From positions 4,588,001 through 4,652,000 of the forward strand of contig CM022667.1 of NCBI GenBank assembly GCA_012295275.1: 64,000 bases of DNA, written 5' to 3'. Both the position numbers and the translations under genes were made by a program. Positions 52,133-64,000 of this stretch are shown one piece after another. The DNA comes from Chrysomallon squamiferum (Eukaryota; Animalia; Mollusca). Each line of letters begins with the position of its first letter. Positions within the stretch are counted from its first letter, which is position 1. Below the pieces are notes generated by a model that made no database searches, was not told where the DNA came from, and was given only the letters and a program-made list of their open reading frames with translations.

Positions 52133-53519
52133 TGTGATACTTTTTCGTCTATGTTTTTATAAACTTTTTTTGGTTAAACTGATGTATTTTTTTTGTGTTT
52201 TTTTACATAAATGATAAATGTAAAATAAAAAAAGAACTAAATTATTTGAAAAGCTTAAATAGAATATTTCTTTCTGTTTGATTCCTTTCTTGATACTATT
52301 AATTTCTTACTAAAAACCGTTTTCAAACAACAAATAGTAAAACTGATAGATGATTTTTTTTTTTTAATATTATGAATAAGAAATCTCCTTTTCTTTTCTG
52401 CTTCTTTATAAATGAGAAGAAAAAAGAAAGAAAAAATAAATAAAAAGAAAAATATCAAAAAAAATATATAAAAGAATAAACATATTGTTTTACTAATAAA
52501 TTCACTCCATATCCTGGTGAAGAAAGAAGATACTTTGTGGGTTATGTTTGTTTAATAATAAACAAAAATATATATATTTTATTATTTATTTGTTATTTTG
52601 TAAAAATAAAGAAAAATAAAAACACTATTTAAATATTCAATAAAATATTATTTGATTAAATCTAAAGCAAAAATAATTAATTTGTTTTATTCCGAATCTT
52701 ACAAAGGAGAAAATGAAAATAAATTGTGAAAACCGTGCATGCAATTTTATTTATTATTTTACTTTTTAATATATATGCAATAAATATGATTAAATAAATG
52801 GTTTTTGTTATTTTTACTTTGAAGTTTGTGAAGAAAGAGTATAACATGAAAGAGAAAACCTGATCTATCATTAGTATGAACTGAAATTATAATTAAATTC
52901 ACAAAAAATATAATAAGTAAATAAATAAATATATAAAAATATTAACTTTCATAATTTGAAAAAAGCACAGACACTAACAATTTATTTCAACTTTATTTTG
53001 TCAATTTAATGTTTTTAGATACAGTGTTTAGTTGTGTAACAATGATCAGAAAAAAGTAAACAATGAAAATTTCAGTTTCAATAACCAGTATAGTTCACAC
53101 TCTTAAACAATAACCTTTTCTAAATAAATCAGTGTATAAGTTATCAAGGTTATTCTAAATAGATATGAACAGTGGATTCTTTTACATGAAAAAATTGTCT
53201 CTGAAGAAAATATTCAATAATTTTTGGAGCAAATATATACAAATTAAGTGAACTATTAACAGTTAAAACAAGTCTTAAAATATTTTTTTATTCATAAATG
53301 GTAAAAAAACAAAAAACAAGAGAAAATGATAAATAATAAAATTTAACAATGCTGTCTCGCATTCTAAAGATATGACTTTTTACAGATATATGTAAATAAA
53401 CATACCTGAAACCAGTGATATAAAATAGTAACAATAACAGAACAATAATTATATTATTAATTATAATAGCAGTAATATTAATAATTATAGCAATAATAAT
53501 AAGGATAATGATGATGATC

Positions 53520-53563
<44 letters not shown>

Positions 53564-53736
53564 GTTATGATACAATAACAACAAAATTAATTAGAAAAAA
53601 AAAGATGTTAGGAATAACGAAATAAACAAACGTATAGGAAGTGCTATTGCTTTACATTTTATTAAAACCAAAAAATCCTTGTTTTCAGTAAACATTGCAT
53701 CACATTTTGTCATTTTTCTTTCTTCTTAGTTCGGAA

Positions 53737-56174
53737 CTATTCAGACACTTCCTCCACTCCAATTGCGTACAACTTTTTCTCCGTCGTGACGAATATATTC
53801 TTATTGGTCACGTGAATTCCGAGAATGTTATCAGTCGAGTCCAGTGCAATAACCTGCTGTTTGGCTATCGCACTGATCTGCTGTCCAGTTTTTCGGTTTC
53901 TCAGGGGAGACAACACAGGTGAGTTTTGTCTGTAGATGTAAACGTGTCGAGTGCACTCGCAGATAACAGCGTAGGAAAGATCGGGAGAACATGATGAGAA
54001 TTTTTTCTGCTGTTTCGAAGCCTGGACGTAGCCGAAGGCATTGAACGTCCCAGTGTGCTGCAGTAGACTTTTTTTGTGCGTGGGCGATGGTGTTTCTGGT
54101 TGCCACAGCAACCCGTCGACATCGTGGCGCAGGCAGAGAGCTGGTGGTTTTTCAGGTTCAGTTTGTTTGCAGAACAGCCACTGATGACCGCCAAGACTTA
54201 CCTGAAACAGAAAAAGATAGATAAATAAGTAAGTAAATTTGAGTATAAGTAAGAAAAATAACCAATATACATTAAAGGAAGAAAAATTGTTTATTATTTC
54301 ACAGAATAATAAAACAAATTAATAATATTAATAAGAAGGAGGAGAACAACAACAACACCACCACTAAAAATGACAAAAGCAGTAATAATAATAACAGAAA
54401 AAGAATGAAAATAAAATAATATTTCAAATATTTATTACTAACAGACTATTTTAAATATTAATAAGATTAATAAAACAAAGAACAACACTAAAATTCTAAC
54501 AAAAAAAAATAAAAAAGTAAATGTTTGATTCTAAACAATACAAACATTAAAAACATGAAGAATAAGATGAACTATTAAATAATAAAAGATGGTAAAAAAA
54601 CAGAAATAATAAAGAAAAACAAGACTGTCACCTCATGTGTAGTTTTGTGGGTTTCTCCGTCTATTCGAAGCAGTCTGCTGTCATCGTTGCTGTCATCACA
54701 GTCTTCCAACTCCTGACTGTTGTAAGGTTTCTCTCCACGAAACTCAGGATCTGGGTTCTTCAATAACAAAAATTAGAAATAAACTTCAACATGCAATAAA
54801 AACATTCAAAACTTTTAAAAATCAACATTACAGGTAAAACTGATTGCAAATGACGTTACGTGTGTAGTAATTAAAATCTAATTACAAGTGAACATAGGTG
54901 GTAAAATGATCAGAAATGATTGCATGTAGAAACTAAAATGTAATTAAAGGTAAGTAACACTTGCCCACTGATCTGAAGTGAGATGAGCGAGTCTCTCGTG
55001 AATGTTTGCTATTTGTTCTGCGTCTAAAACCATCTCTCCATGTGTGTCTCCAATGACAACCTCCGGCCAGATCTTAGAAACCTGTTTATTTAGTGTCAGC
55101 TCCACTCTGAAACAAGATATAAATAAGAAATATTTTCTTTTAAAATAAGTGTATTCAATCAAATAATAAATACAGGATCTTAAAATAAAATAACAATTAA
55201 AATATTATTATTTAACTAATAGTAAACCCAACAAGTTACAAATTAATATCTGCATGTTATAAATAAATCAGATGGAGAAAGAGAAAACAAGTATAGAACA
55301 AAGATTAAAAAAATAAAATGGCTTTGCTTCATTATCAAGCAATATGAATACAAAAACAATTCTTCTTCTTCCTTGAGTGTTATTTAAACTTCTGTTTGTC
55401 AGTTATGAAGGATGCTATTTTGTATGAAAAATTAAATTTAAATAATCATAATCACCTCTGTTTTTCAATTGTCCAGGTGCTGGCATCAACATCAACTCTG
55501 TCGTGGATCTGACCTTTGAGCAAGACCAAGCCATTTTTCACCCCAAACTCAATGTGGTCTGCGTGCAGGTTGAGAAAAATGTCTGCCTTTGTTATCCCGT
55601 CTGGTACAGTGAACTGAATGTGAATGTCTTCACTGTCCTGGTTCCATGTGTATCGTGGGATGTCATCTGGAAATACTACAGTGAAAAAAATATCTGTAAC
55701 AGGTGTTGATATGTTAGCAGCAAGAAGTATTGGTAGGAACAAAATTTCCACAGCATTATTTTAAAGCAGTTTTGAAAGACAATATTTAGATAGTCATATA
55801 CATATCAATTCAACCACATGTGTCATTTTGTTCATCTTTTAAAATATATCTGTAACATACATATACAGACAGACACACACACATGCACACACACATATAT
55901 ACACATACATTTTTTTTTTAAACTCACTTACCTTTTCCAATGACCTCCCACTCCCCTGCTGACTGGACTGGATTCACTGAGTCCATGACAAGTTTGAAGA
56001 TTTGTTCAGCAAGTATCAACACTGCACTGCCATTTCTCTCTAGAACAGCATAGTCAAATGGTTTCACTCCTTCCAAACAGCGAGTCCTCTCAACAGTCCA
56101 TGCCTTCTTGTCCACTGACAGAAAAATCACATGATTTTAATATGCTGTGTTCATCACACACACACACACACATA

Positions 56175-56241
<67 letters not shown>

Positions 56242-58230
56242 ACATACACAGTGTTGAACATTAATAAGTGTTGGTCAGTCCATATTAAACATAATTTTTC
56301 CAATACACATTGGTTAAAAACTATCAAGTAGTTTGAAATTCCATTTTAAATATAATTTAAAAACAAAACTAAAATTAAATTAATGATGAATATATCTATT
56401 TAATATTGGCATGCTTCAGGTGTGAAAGTGAACAAGGATTTTTAAAAATCTATTAATTTAAAGGTTGTTAGGTACAGGAACTTCAAAGAAGAAACCTGCT
56501 GTTCCCCACAGTTTCTTAATACAGCTGATTATCAGTTAATGATCTTTTACCTTGAGAAACAATAAATAAACTTTTTTAAAAACAAAAATATGGAAGCATT
56601 GAGTAGAATGGTAAACAGCCCAACAAACGTCTCATCTCAAATCCTGTCATATCTTGGGTCTGATGTTGTAATAACTGAGCTACCTCCATGCCCTGCCCTG
56701 CCCTGCCCTGCCCTGCCCTGTGTTTACCTGAGAGAAAGGTAACCCAGGTGACGACTGTGAGGAAGGAGGACGTGTATTTCTCTTTGTTCTGCTCCTCTCT
56801 CTCCTCTACGTGAACCAGCAGACACTCAATTCTGTGGTTTTCATCATTTCTGTGCTGCACTGCGTCCACCACCTGAAACAGCTTGTTACCAGCGACAACA
56901 TCATTGCTGGAAAACACAGTCTGTGAAATAATAATCATTTTTTAAAATTAATTATATTATACTTGGTTATCAACAGATTTTTTTTGTCAGGTTATTTGAT
57001 AATTAATTGGTATTTTTTTGTTGTGGTAGTTTTTCGGGGGGGTGGGGTGGGAAGTGTTGATGTCAAAAATATTTACATTTCAGTAATTAAAAAAAAAAAA
57101 TCAATCCATAAACAATAAATAACCATAAATAATCTAAGGCTTTTTAGAAATGATAAATCAAACATTAACACACATACTTCCAAATAAATAAATATGTATT
57201 TACAACAAAAATAATCATTATTTTCTAGAAGTATTTGAATTCTGCTATTCTAAGACCAGATCCTGATATGGATTTTATCCTACAGACTGTAAGTGAAATG
57301 AAGTTTATGTAAACAGTAACATTTAGACTGTACAGTTATAAGCCAGGGTGACATTTCATCTGTTATGCCTGTGTTGATTATGTTGCATTCAGTTACTTTA
57401 ATTGATTAAATAACATGTGTTAGTACAATCATCTGCAAATCAAAACATTTTTTATTCTCCTTTGTGTGTTAACTTAACTGTATAAAGATACAAAATTTGG
57501 TTAACGATACTACGTTATTCAATCATTTTCTAAAAACATAGAATATTTTAATCAGAAATGATAAACAGGAATTATAATAAAGTAATGGTAATATTATTCC
57601 TAAAATTATATTAATAATAATGATGATGATAATCATAATAATTTAACAATGAAGATGATGATAATAATGATAATGGCAATGATGATAATAATAATAATAA
57701 TAATAATAATGATGATGGTAATATTAATAATGATGGTAATAATAATAAGCTATGTTAATAATAATAGTAATAATAATATTAATGATAATAACAAAGATAA
57801 TAATAATAATGACAACAATGAGTAATAATAACAATATAAATGATAACAGCAATAAAAAGACTACAACAACAAAACGTGTAAACAAAGTTTTCACAGTAAC
57901 ATTTTTTCCACAAAATGTTTAAAGAAAATAAAACTGGTGACAAACCTTCCACATGTAAGAGTGTTCGATGCGATTATCTGTGTCTAGGATGTAAAAACTT
58001 CCTGCTCCGTCTGCTAAAACTGCCGAGTCTGTCCCACAGAAACACAGAGATGGGTTGTAACGACCTGGGACGAGCTGCTGGTTTGCCCGATCCGGAATCT
58101 GGAAATTTCTGTCTCCTATCTCCAGTTTTGAAAACTTTAATTAGACAATATTAAATAATAATGATAATAATACTTAATAGTAATAGTAATAGTAATAGTA
58201 ATAATAACAATAAATAATAATAATAATATA

Positions 58231-58279
<49 letters not shown>

Positions 58280-60008
58280 GTAATAGTAATAATAATAGTA
58301 ATAGTAATAGTAATAATAAAAATAATAAAAATTAAAATAAATAAAGAAAAAAAAACACAGCTCAAAAGATATAATAAAGAGAGAAATAAATGAAGCTATT
58401 TTAAAGATTAAAAACTAAAAAAAAACTCTACCATTTTCACATTATAAACAAAATGAAAAGAAATATTACAAAAAATAAAAAAATGTATAAAATATATTTG
58501 TATTGAAATTCATAAATTATTTTGTGTTTTGCTGTTTACAGTGTTTGAGGATAATATTATTGTCCTTTTTCTACAAGATTCTTTGAATATGACAACTGTT
58601 TTAGGTGGTTGGTATTATTTTTTTTTTTCTGATAAAGAAGAAATAAATATCAATAAATTCTCTGTTGTAAAAAGTTGTAAAAAAAATTTAGTAACATCAA
58701 TAAAGAAGTAAAAATTATTATTTTCTCTTTAAGAACAATTTCTTTTTCAGATTATCCTATGATTTCTGTAAATAAATTTATAAAACAATTCACTTGCAAA
58801 CGTGCTGTGTGTATTTACTCATTGATTTGTATTATCAAAGTATGGATTCAGATTAGCAATGATATAAAAAAAAAGAACTATTGATTACTCACTGTAGACA
58901 GTTGTACTCTCCTGATATCCCATTCCGAATCTATGATATAAGCAGCATCTGGAGACCAGGGATCACAGATCAAGTGGTTGTGTATTCCAAACAACTTGGC
59001 ATGATGGTATGAGTACTGACTGTCTGTTAGCTTTGCTACATCTAAACCTAGAAATAAAATAATACATAATCAAATAATTGTCACTAACATAATCAAAATA
59101 AACAGGTGCCTTAACCATTTATCTGTACTGTAAGAATATACAAACACACACACATACACACACACACACATATATAAATATATTAGAATAAATAAAAATC
59201 TTAAACTTTTGTGACATGTTAGGTTTAAATTATAATTTAAAAATAACGTTTTATTTCTTCAGACATATAATATATTAGGTCCTTCATGTTTCAGTTAGTT
59301 AAATAATTGTTAAATATTGATTATTTAATATGATATCAAGATTAATAAAATACCCATTGTTTTTCTATCAGTCATAGATATTATTCAATAATTAATTAAC
59401 ATATTATTATTATTACAATTTAAATGGTCAACATTTAACCTTTAACTTGTTTAAGAATTATTTATTAGTTATTAGACTATTACTACTTTAGCTGACAAGT
59501 CATTTAACTCAAAAGAATCATTTAACATGTAACGTTGAAAACTTATGTTTTTATTTAATGTTTTATTTATATATAGAACTTAGGAAGTAACTAATTTGCT
59601 AGGACGAGATTGGAACTTTAACAACTGTTTTTATTTTTATTAAATTTAAAAACAACTTTTTTTTCATTACTGCATTAGCCTTTATATGTAATAGGCTTAC
59701 ATATTGTTGTTACAGTTGACTTCTTCTGAAATATCACTTCCGTAAATACATACAGTGTAGACGTGGAAATAATGACATTAAATGACTGCACGGTTGAATA
59801 ACATCGATGATCAACAAACATTCATCAAAATATGCATGCATTGTGCGTTTCGCTTTATGGTAACGGATAAAATCAGTTTAAGCTAATCAAACATACCTCG
59901 TTCCAGTTCTTTTGAATAAACTGGAAGAGAGTCGAGAGACAACTTGTATCCATCGAAATGTGGATTTAACAAATTTTTCTTTACTTGCAGCTCAACATGT
60001 TCAACCAT
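53737..60008 (-). CDS. NUDCD1: NudC domain-containing protein 1 (CS/p23-like domain), complete, 9 coding exons
   Basis: Exons on - strand: 60008-59897, 59047-58893, 58134-57946, 56920-56728, 56114-55932, 55666-55456, 55106-54965, 54757-54632, 54201-53737. Sum is 1776 nt = 591 aa plus stop, all phases consistent. Motifs LLNPHFDGYKLSL, YTWNQDSED, WPEVVIGD, ERLAHLTS, QELEDCD, CLRHDVDGLLWQP, TFNAFGYVQASK, AKQQV match recalled NUDCD1. Confidence 0.95.
56475..56555 (-). mobile_element. Fragment of the same SINE-like repeat, inverted, in a NUDCD1 intron
   Basis: AAGAAGAAACCTGCTG...GATTATCAGTTAATGATCTTTTA is similar to the reverse complement of 44395-44460. Confidence 0.35.
56691..56720 (-). repeat. 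(CAGGG)6 pentamer, G-quadruplex-capable on the NUDCD1 sense strand
   Basis: Perfect (CCCTG)6 on the + strand, starting 8 nt into the intron after the donor at 56728. Confidence 0.9.
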
Positions 60009-60290
60009 TTTCTTTTATTGTTTCAAAAATTACAATCATTTTAAAACGAAACGAAATATTCTAACTGTACCACAGCAATCAAAACAGTATTTTATAAAAT
60101 ATTATTGTTGGTTTAAAAATACTAATGTTCCATAATATTGTACTTATTAGAAAAGTTGGAAAGAGATTTGATTATAATATTTTAAAATGTTAATCCTTTT
60201 CCATATCTATATTCATTTTATTAATTGGCGGGCTTTTAAACATTGATGTCACTGAAGTTTCCGTAATTATTTCAAAAGAGCGGGTAGGTA
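60009..60290. promoter_or_regulatory. Short bidirectional promoter (NUDCD1 / CENP-T-like) with candidate E2F and CHR motifs
   Basis: Divergent genes. A donor GCGG|GTAGGT at 60283 and an acceptor TTTCAG| at 60550 imply a non-coding first exon for the + gene. TTGGCGGG at 60225-60232 is followed by TTTAAA at 60235-60240; TTCAAA (reverse TTTGAA) at 60271-60276 lies 4 nt from CGGG. Confidence 0.5.
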
Positions 60291-60554
60291 TCTTTTATTT
60301 TAAGAATGGATGCTTTTAAACAAACAAACAAACACAAAATATTATTATTACTCAAAACACATAATTAATGGAACTGACAAATAGTTTGTGTCAATTTATC
60401 AGTTATTGTAATTAACCTTAAAAACAAGATATTTTTCTTGGGTGGGGGTGTTTTTGTTTTTGTGATGTGTCATTGTATGCTAGTTATTATTAATAATATT
60501 CGGGCTTATGTTTAATCAAAAGTATTATTCTCAACTTATTCCTGTTTCAGGGCC

Positions 60555-63500
60555 ATGTCTAATTCAAAAACTCCACGCACGCTGATACAGGATCGCACCG
60601 AGAGTGTTTCCACGGAGAAAAACATTCATTTCACTCGGAAACGGACTCCGCAGTCAACATCAACAAAATCAAAAAGTTCAATGACTTTATTACCAGGAGG
60701 ATCAGCGACTAAGAAACTTCAGTCATTGTCAGTCACTGAAGCAAGTGAATTTACACCAAGACAACTGGTAGGTATGCGAAGTTAGTAGGATTGCCATTGT
60801 CCACTAGAGCAATTCAAAAGTATATAATAATTATATATGATTATATCATCACGATAATCATAATCAGATAATGACATACATAATAATAATCACAGGGCAT
60901 CAACAGATTTAATTTTTATTAAAAATTAACATAACTTAAATTAGTCAAGCACATTAATCATCATTATTATATATATATAGCTATTGTGTTGAAAGCCTCA
61001 GTATGATGTTTCCAATTTTGTTGTAGATATTAAAACAAAATTACAAAATTAAGAAATCAAAATATAATTTTGACTTTTCTAATGCACTGTTCTCATATTT
61101 ACAGATATCTGCTTTTCTAATGACACCCAACACCACCGTTCCTTTAACACGTCAGCAGAGTCGAATAAAAGAGGGCATGGATATGCCACCCCCTACTTCA
61201 AGTGTCAAATCTAAACAACGTCTTCGAAGATCGTCACTAGGAATCCCACGTGTTGAGGAAATCGTGAAGAAATTTACTCCTCGCACGGGTATCGAGGGAC
61301 TGCTAACTCAGGGTTTGTTACTTTTAGCTTGTTACCAGAGACTGTTAACTTTATTTCAATAAGCATTTTTATTATTTTACATTCTGTGTTTTTTTTAAAT
61401 TAGTTACATAATGCTGTCATGTTCCTTTTCTTATATTTTTTTAAAATTTTTACATCAGGATGTATTTAATATATCTATTTTTAAAAATCTTTATGTGGAA
61501 CTGAAATATATTATTGTGAAAAGCAACAGTCTGTTTTGTTTCTCTAAAAAATCATAGTACATAAAAATACTATCGTACTATATAATAATAGTGTTTATAT
61601 TTAAGCGAAGTGAGGCTTTTTTTGTAGCACCTGAACAAACACCTGTGATAGGTAACAAAAGGAAGAGAAAATCTCGTTCTTCGCATTCACTTCCTGGAGT
61701 TGATGCTTTCCTAAAAGATGCATCATTTGAACCACTGCAAAAAAGGTTTGCATTAGCCAAACATATTTAATATGAATGTGTGTGTGTGTCTGTGGAAAAC
61801 AATTGTTAAAATAAACTAATTCACCCTATTTTGTAACATTAATAACTGCAAGTGACTGATTTAATTCTTTATCTTCTTATTTATTTAAATATATTTAGAA
61901 AAAGTAATTTTATAATCAGTAAAAGTAAAATTAATCCAGTGTTGTTGTGTTTCTAGTTCTGTGGGTAGTTTGCCTCCCTCTGAAATTCGACATGGAACTA
62001 GGAAACGTCGTCCAATTCAGATTGACATAGTACACAAAGCTGCTGATGTTTCAACAGGTAAATACTTTTTTGATATATATATATATGGATGTAGGATGTA
62101 GTGTAAACATTATTATTTATATCTGATAAGTTATATCTGTAGTTCAAGTGATATTTTTCTTGACTGCAATAGTTAGAGAGTGTTAGCATGCCAACAGATG
62201 TAGACTAGTGGCATATTCATTTCCTAGAAATTCCTGGAAACTAGACATCAAAGGCAGCTAAATCTTATTTTAAAACAACAGAAAGTTGTTTTTTTATTTC
62301 CTTTATAATTGTAGAAAATTATTTTATGTATCAGATGAACCAGACCTGTCTGAAAATGTTTCAGATGAAAGGGAAGCTACTCCTGTAGAAACTGATGAAG
62401 ATGTTGACATGGCAACCAGGAAGACTCCAAAGAGACGGAGATCTTCAGTAAAAGAAAGAGATAAAAATGTAAGCAGTGTGAAAGGTTTGTCTGGAAAACG
62501 CAAATCACAGCAGACTCAGGTCAGCGACAATGAGCATCTGAATGTGAGTACAGCATCAGCGAAAAAAACAAAGAGAATCATTCTGTCTCCATACACAAAA
62601 CATGTGTCACACGAAGAACCTGACAGCCCACTCCAGACACATTCTGCTCAGACATCACCAGTGGTTTCAAGAGAGGACAAAACCATTTTCTTTTCCCCTG
62701 GAAATAGGCCATTGTCTCAGAGATCAGAAAAGGAAAGTAATAACACAGACCATTATCTGTCACACTTAACTGACCACCCAGCTGAAACTGAGGCTGAGAG
62801 TCCAGGAAGGCAAGTTTCTTTACGCAGACAAGCAGTAATGCATGCCACTCACAAGGTGACTGAAAGTGACAGTCGTGATTCGACAACTGCAGGTCACAGT
62901 TTGTATCGTGGTCCCAGTGTAGGTGACGTACAAGTGACTACTTCTGTAAGCAGACGGACACTGAATCATACAGATGTTGATGTCAGTCAAGGTGAAGAGG
63001 ATTTTGATGATGTGCAGACTCGTTCAACAAGAGAATCGTTTAGAAACAAGTCGATGTTTGTTGATGGTGCTGGGTCTAAAAACTTTGACATTTCATTTGA
63101 CAGCCAAAAAACCTTGCATCCAGTCAGGACCAGCACCCCAGCTGTTGGTCAGAAGTCTCCCAGGACAAGAATGAAAAACAGTGAAAGACAAAGTGCACGT
63201 CATCCAGACGAACCTGTTGATGACCTGGTGGAAAATAGATCTCCTCAGAGACGAATTTCGCTACAGCAGTTCATCTCCAATCAGAAACAGAGTTTAGTTC
63301 ACGAAAATAGCTCTCCTCAAACATCAGTTTCTCTTCATCAAACCAAATCACATCAGAGACAAAATTCTCTTCATGAAGCAAGCTCGCCTCAAAGACAAAA
63401 TTCACTTCATCAAGAAAGCTCTCCTCGGAGGCAAATTTCACTTCACCAGGCAAGCTCTCCTAAGACTCGAAGTTCACTTCGAAAGGCAAGCTCTGCTCAA

Positions 63501-63911
63501 AGACAAAGTTCTCATCATCAGACGAGCTCTCCTCAAGGACAAATATCACTTCATGAGGCAAGCTCTCCTAAGAGTCGAAGCTCACTTCGAAAGGCAAGCT
63601 CAGCTCAAAGACAAATTTTACTTCGTTACGAAGGCTCTCCTCGGGTTGTCTCTCCACGTAAAAGAAAATCACTTGAGAGTGTACGACACAGTATGGAGTT
63701 CACTGATGACACAGATGACGGAGAGGAGATCTCAAGTGTTGTTGAAAGTGTCATAGGACAGCTGGCATCTGAAAATGATCGTGTTGCTGATGTTGAGAAA
63801 GTTGTTGACGAGGCTGTGGGTGAGGAGATGATGGATGAAGATGGTGTTGTCGAAGAGGATGAAGAGGATGTGAGAGATCTCGGTGCTGCTGTAGACAAGC
63901 AGTTAGCTGAG
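60555..63911 (+). CDS. CENPT: Probable centromere protein T (CENP-T), N-terminal disordered part; 3' end beyond the window
   Basis: Exons 60555-60767, 61105-61312, 61628-61745, 61957-62057, 62335-63911 join in frame. N-terminus has TPRTLIQ, TPRQLISAFL and TPRTGIEGLLTQAPEQ, resembling vertebrate CENP-T TPRTLL..ILLTAPES. A long S/T-P-rich then acidic disordered region follows. The diagnostic C-terminal histone fold is not in the window. Confidence 0.7.
63237..63644 (+). repeat. Coding 36-nt (12-aa) tandem repeat, about 11 copies, in the CENP-T-like exon
   Basis: Consensus near RQxSLHxxSSP(Q/K/R); includes a higher-order duplication with 108-nt offset (63432 vs 63540). Confidence 0.9.
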
Positions 63912-64000
63912 GTTAGTAGGGTTACATAATAAGTCTGTGTATGTGTGAGAATTCTGTTTCTGTTTAGTGGCTTATATAGTTTTGTTAAAACACTGACTGA

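Noticed and set aside
52133-53736. Poly(A) signals and possible overlap of the convergent 3' UTRs
   Set aside because: AATAAA and TTTATT are too frequent in this AT-rich stretch to assign real sites without transcript data.

Overview
AT-rich, microsatellite-dense animal genomic DNA with spliceosomal introns; a mollusc is my inference from repeat style, not established. Three genes are present. (1) HYDIN, the giant central-pair axonemal protein, on the + strand: 5'-truncated by the window, about 75 exons traced by hand from 424 to the stop at 52132. (2) A complete 9-exon NUDCD1 on the - strand (60008 to 53737, 591 aa by my exon count), tail-to-tail with HYDIN. (3) The 5' part of a probable CENP-T on the + strand (ATG 60555, runs off the window), head-to-head with NUDCD1 across a short shared promoter. 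Most ORF-track entries outside these exons are microsatellite artefacts. Main observations: more than a dozen HYDIN splice junctions are locally duplicated or amplified into tandem arrays of decoy donors or acceptors, and some arrays are paired with CA or UG microsatellites. HYDIN carries an insert with 15-aa-periodic KxxQT motifs resembling LC8-binding sites. The CENP-T has three TPR-type Ndc80-docking motifs and a 12-aa SSP phospho-repeat. There are also two GC-AG introns, apparent single-base frameshifts in HYDIN, and decayed Tc1 and SINE remnants. Homology calls rest on recalled protein sequences; no searches were run.
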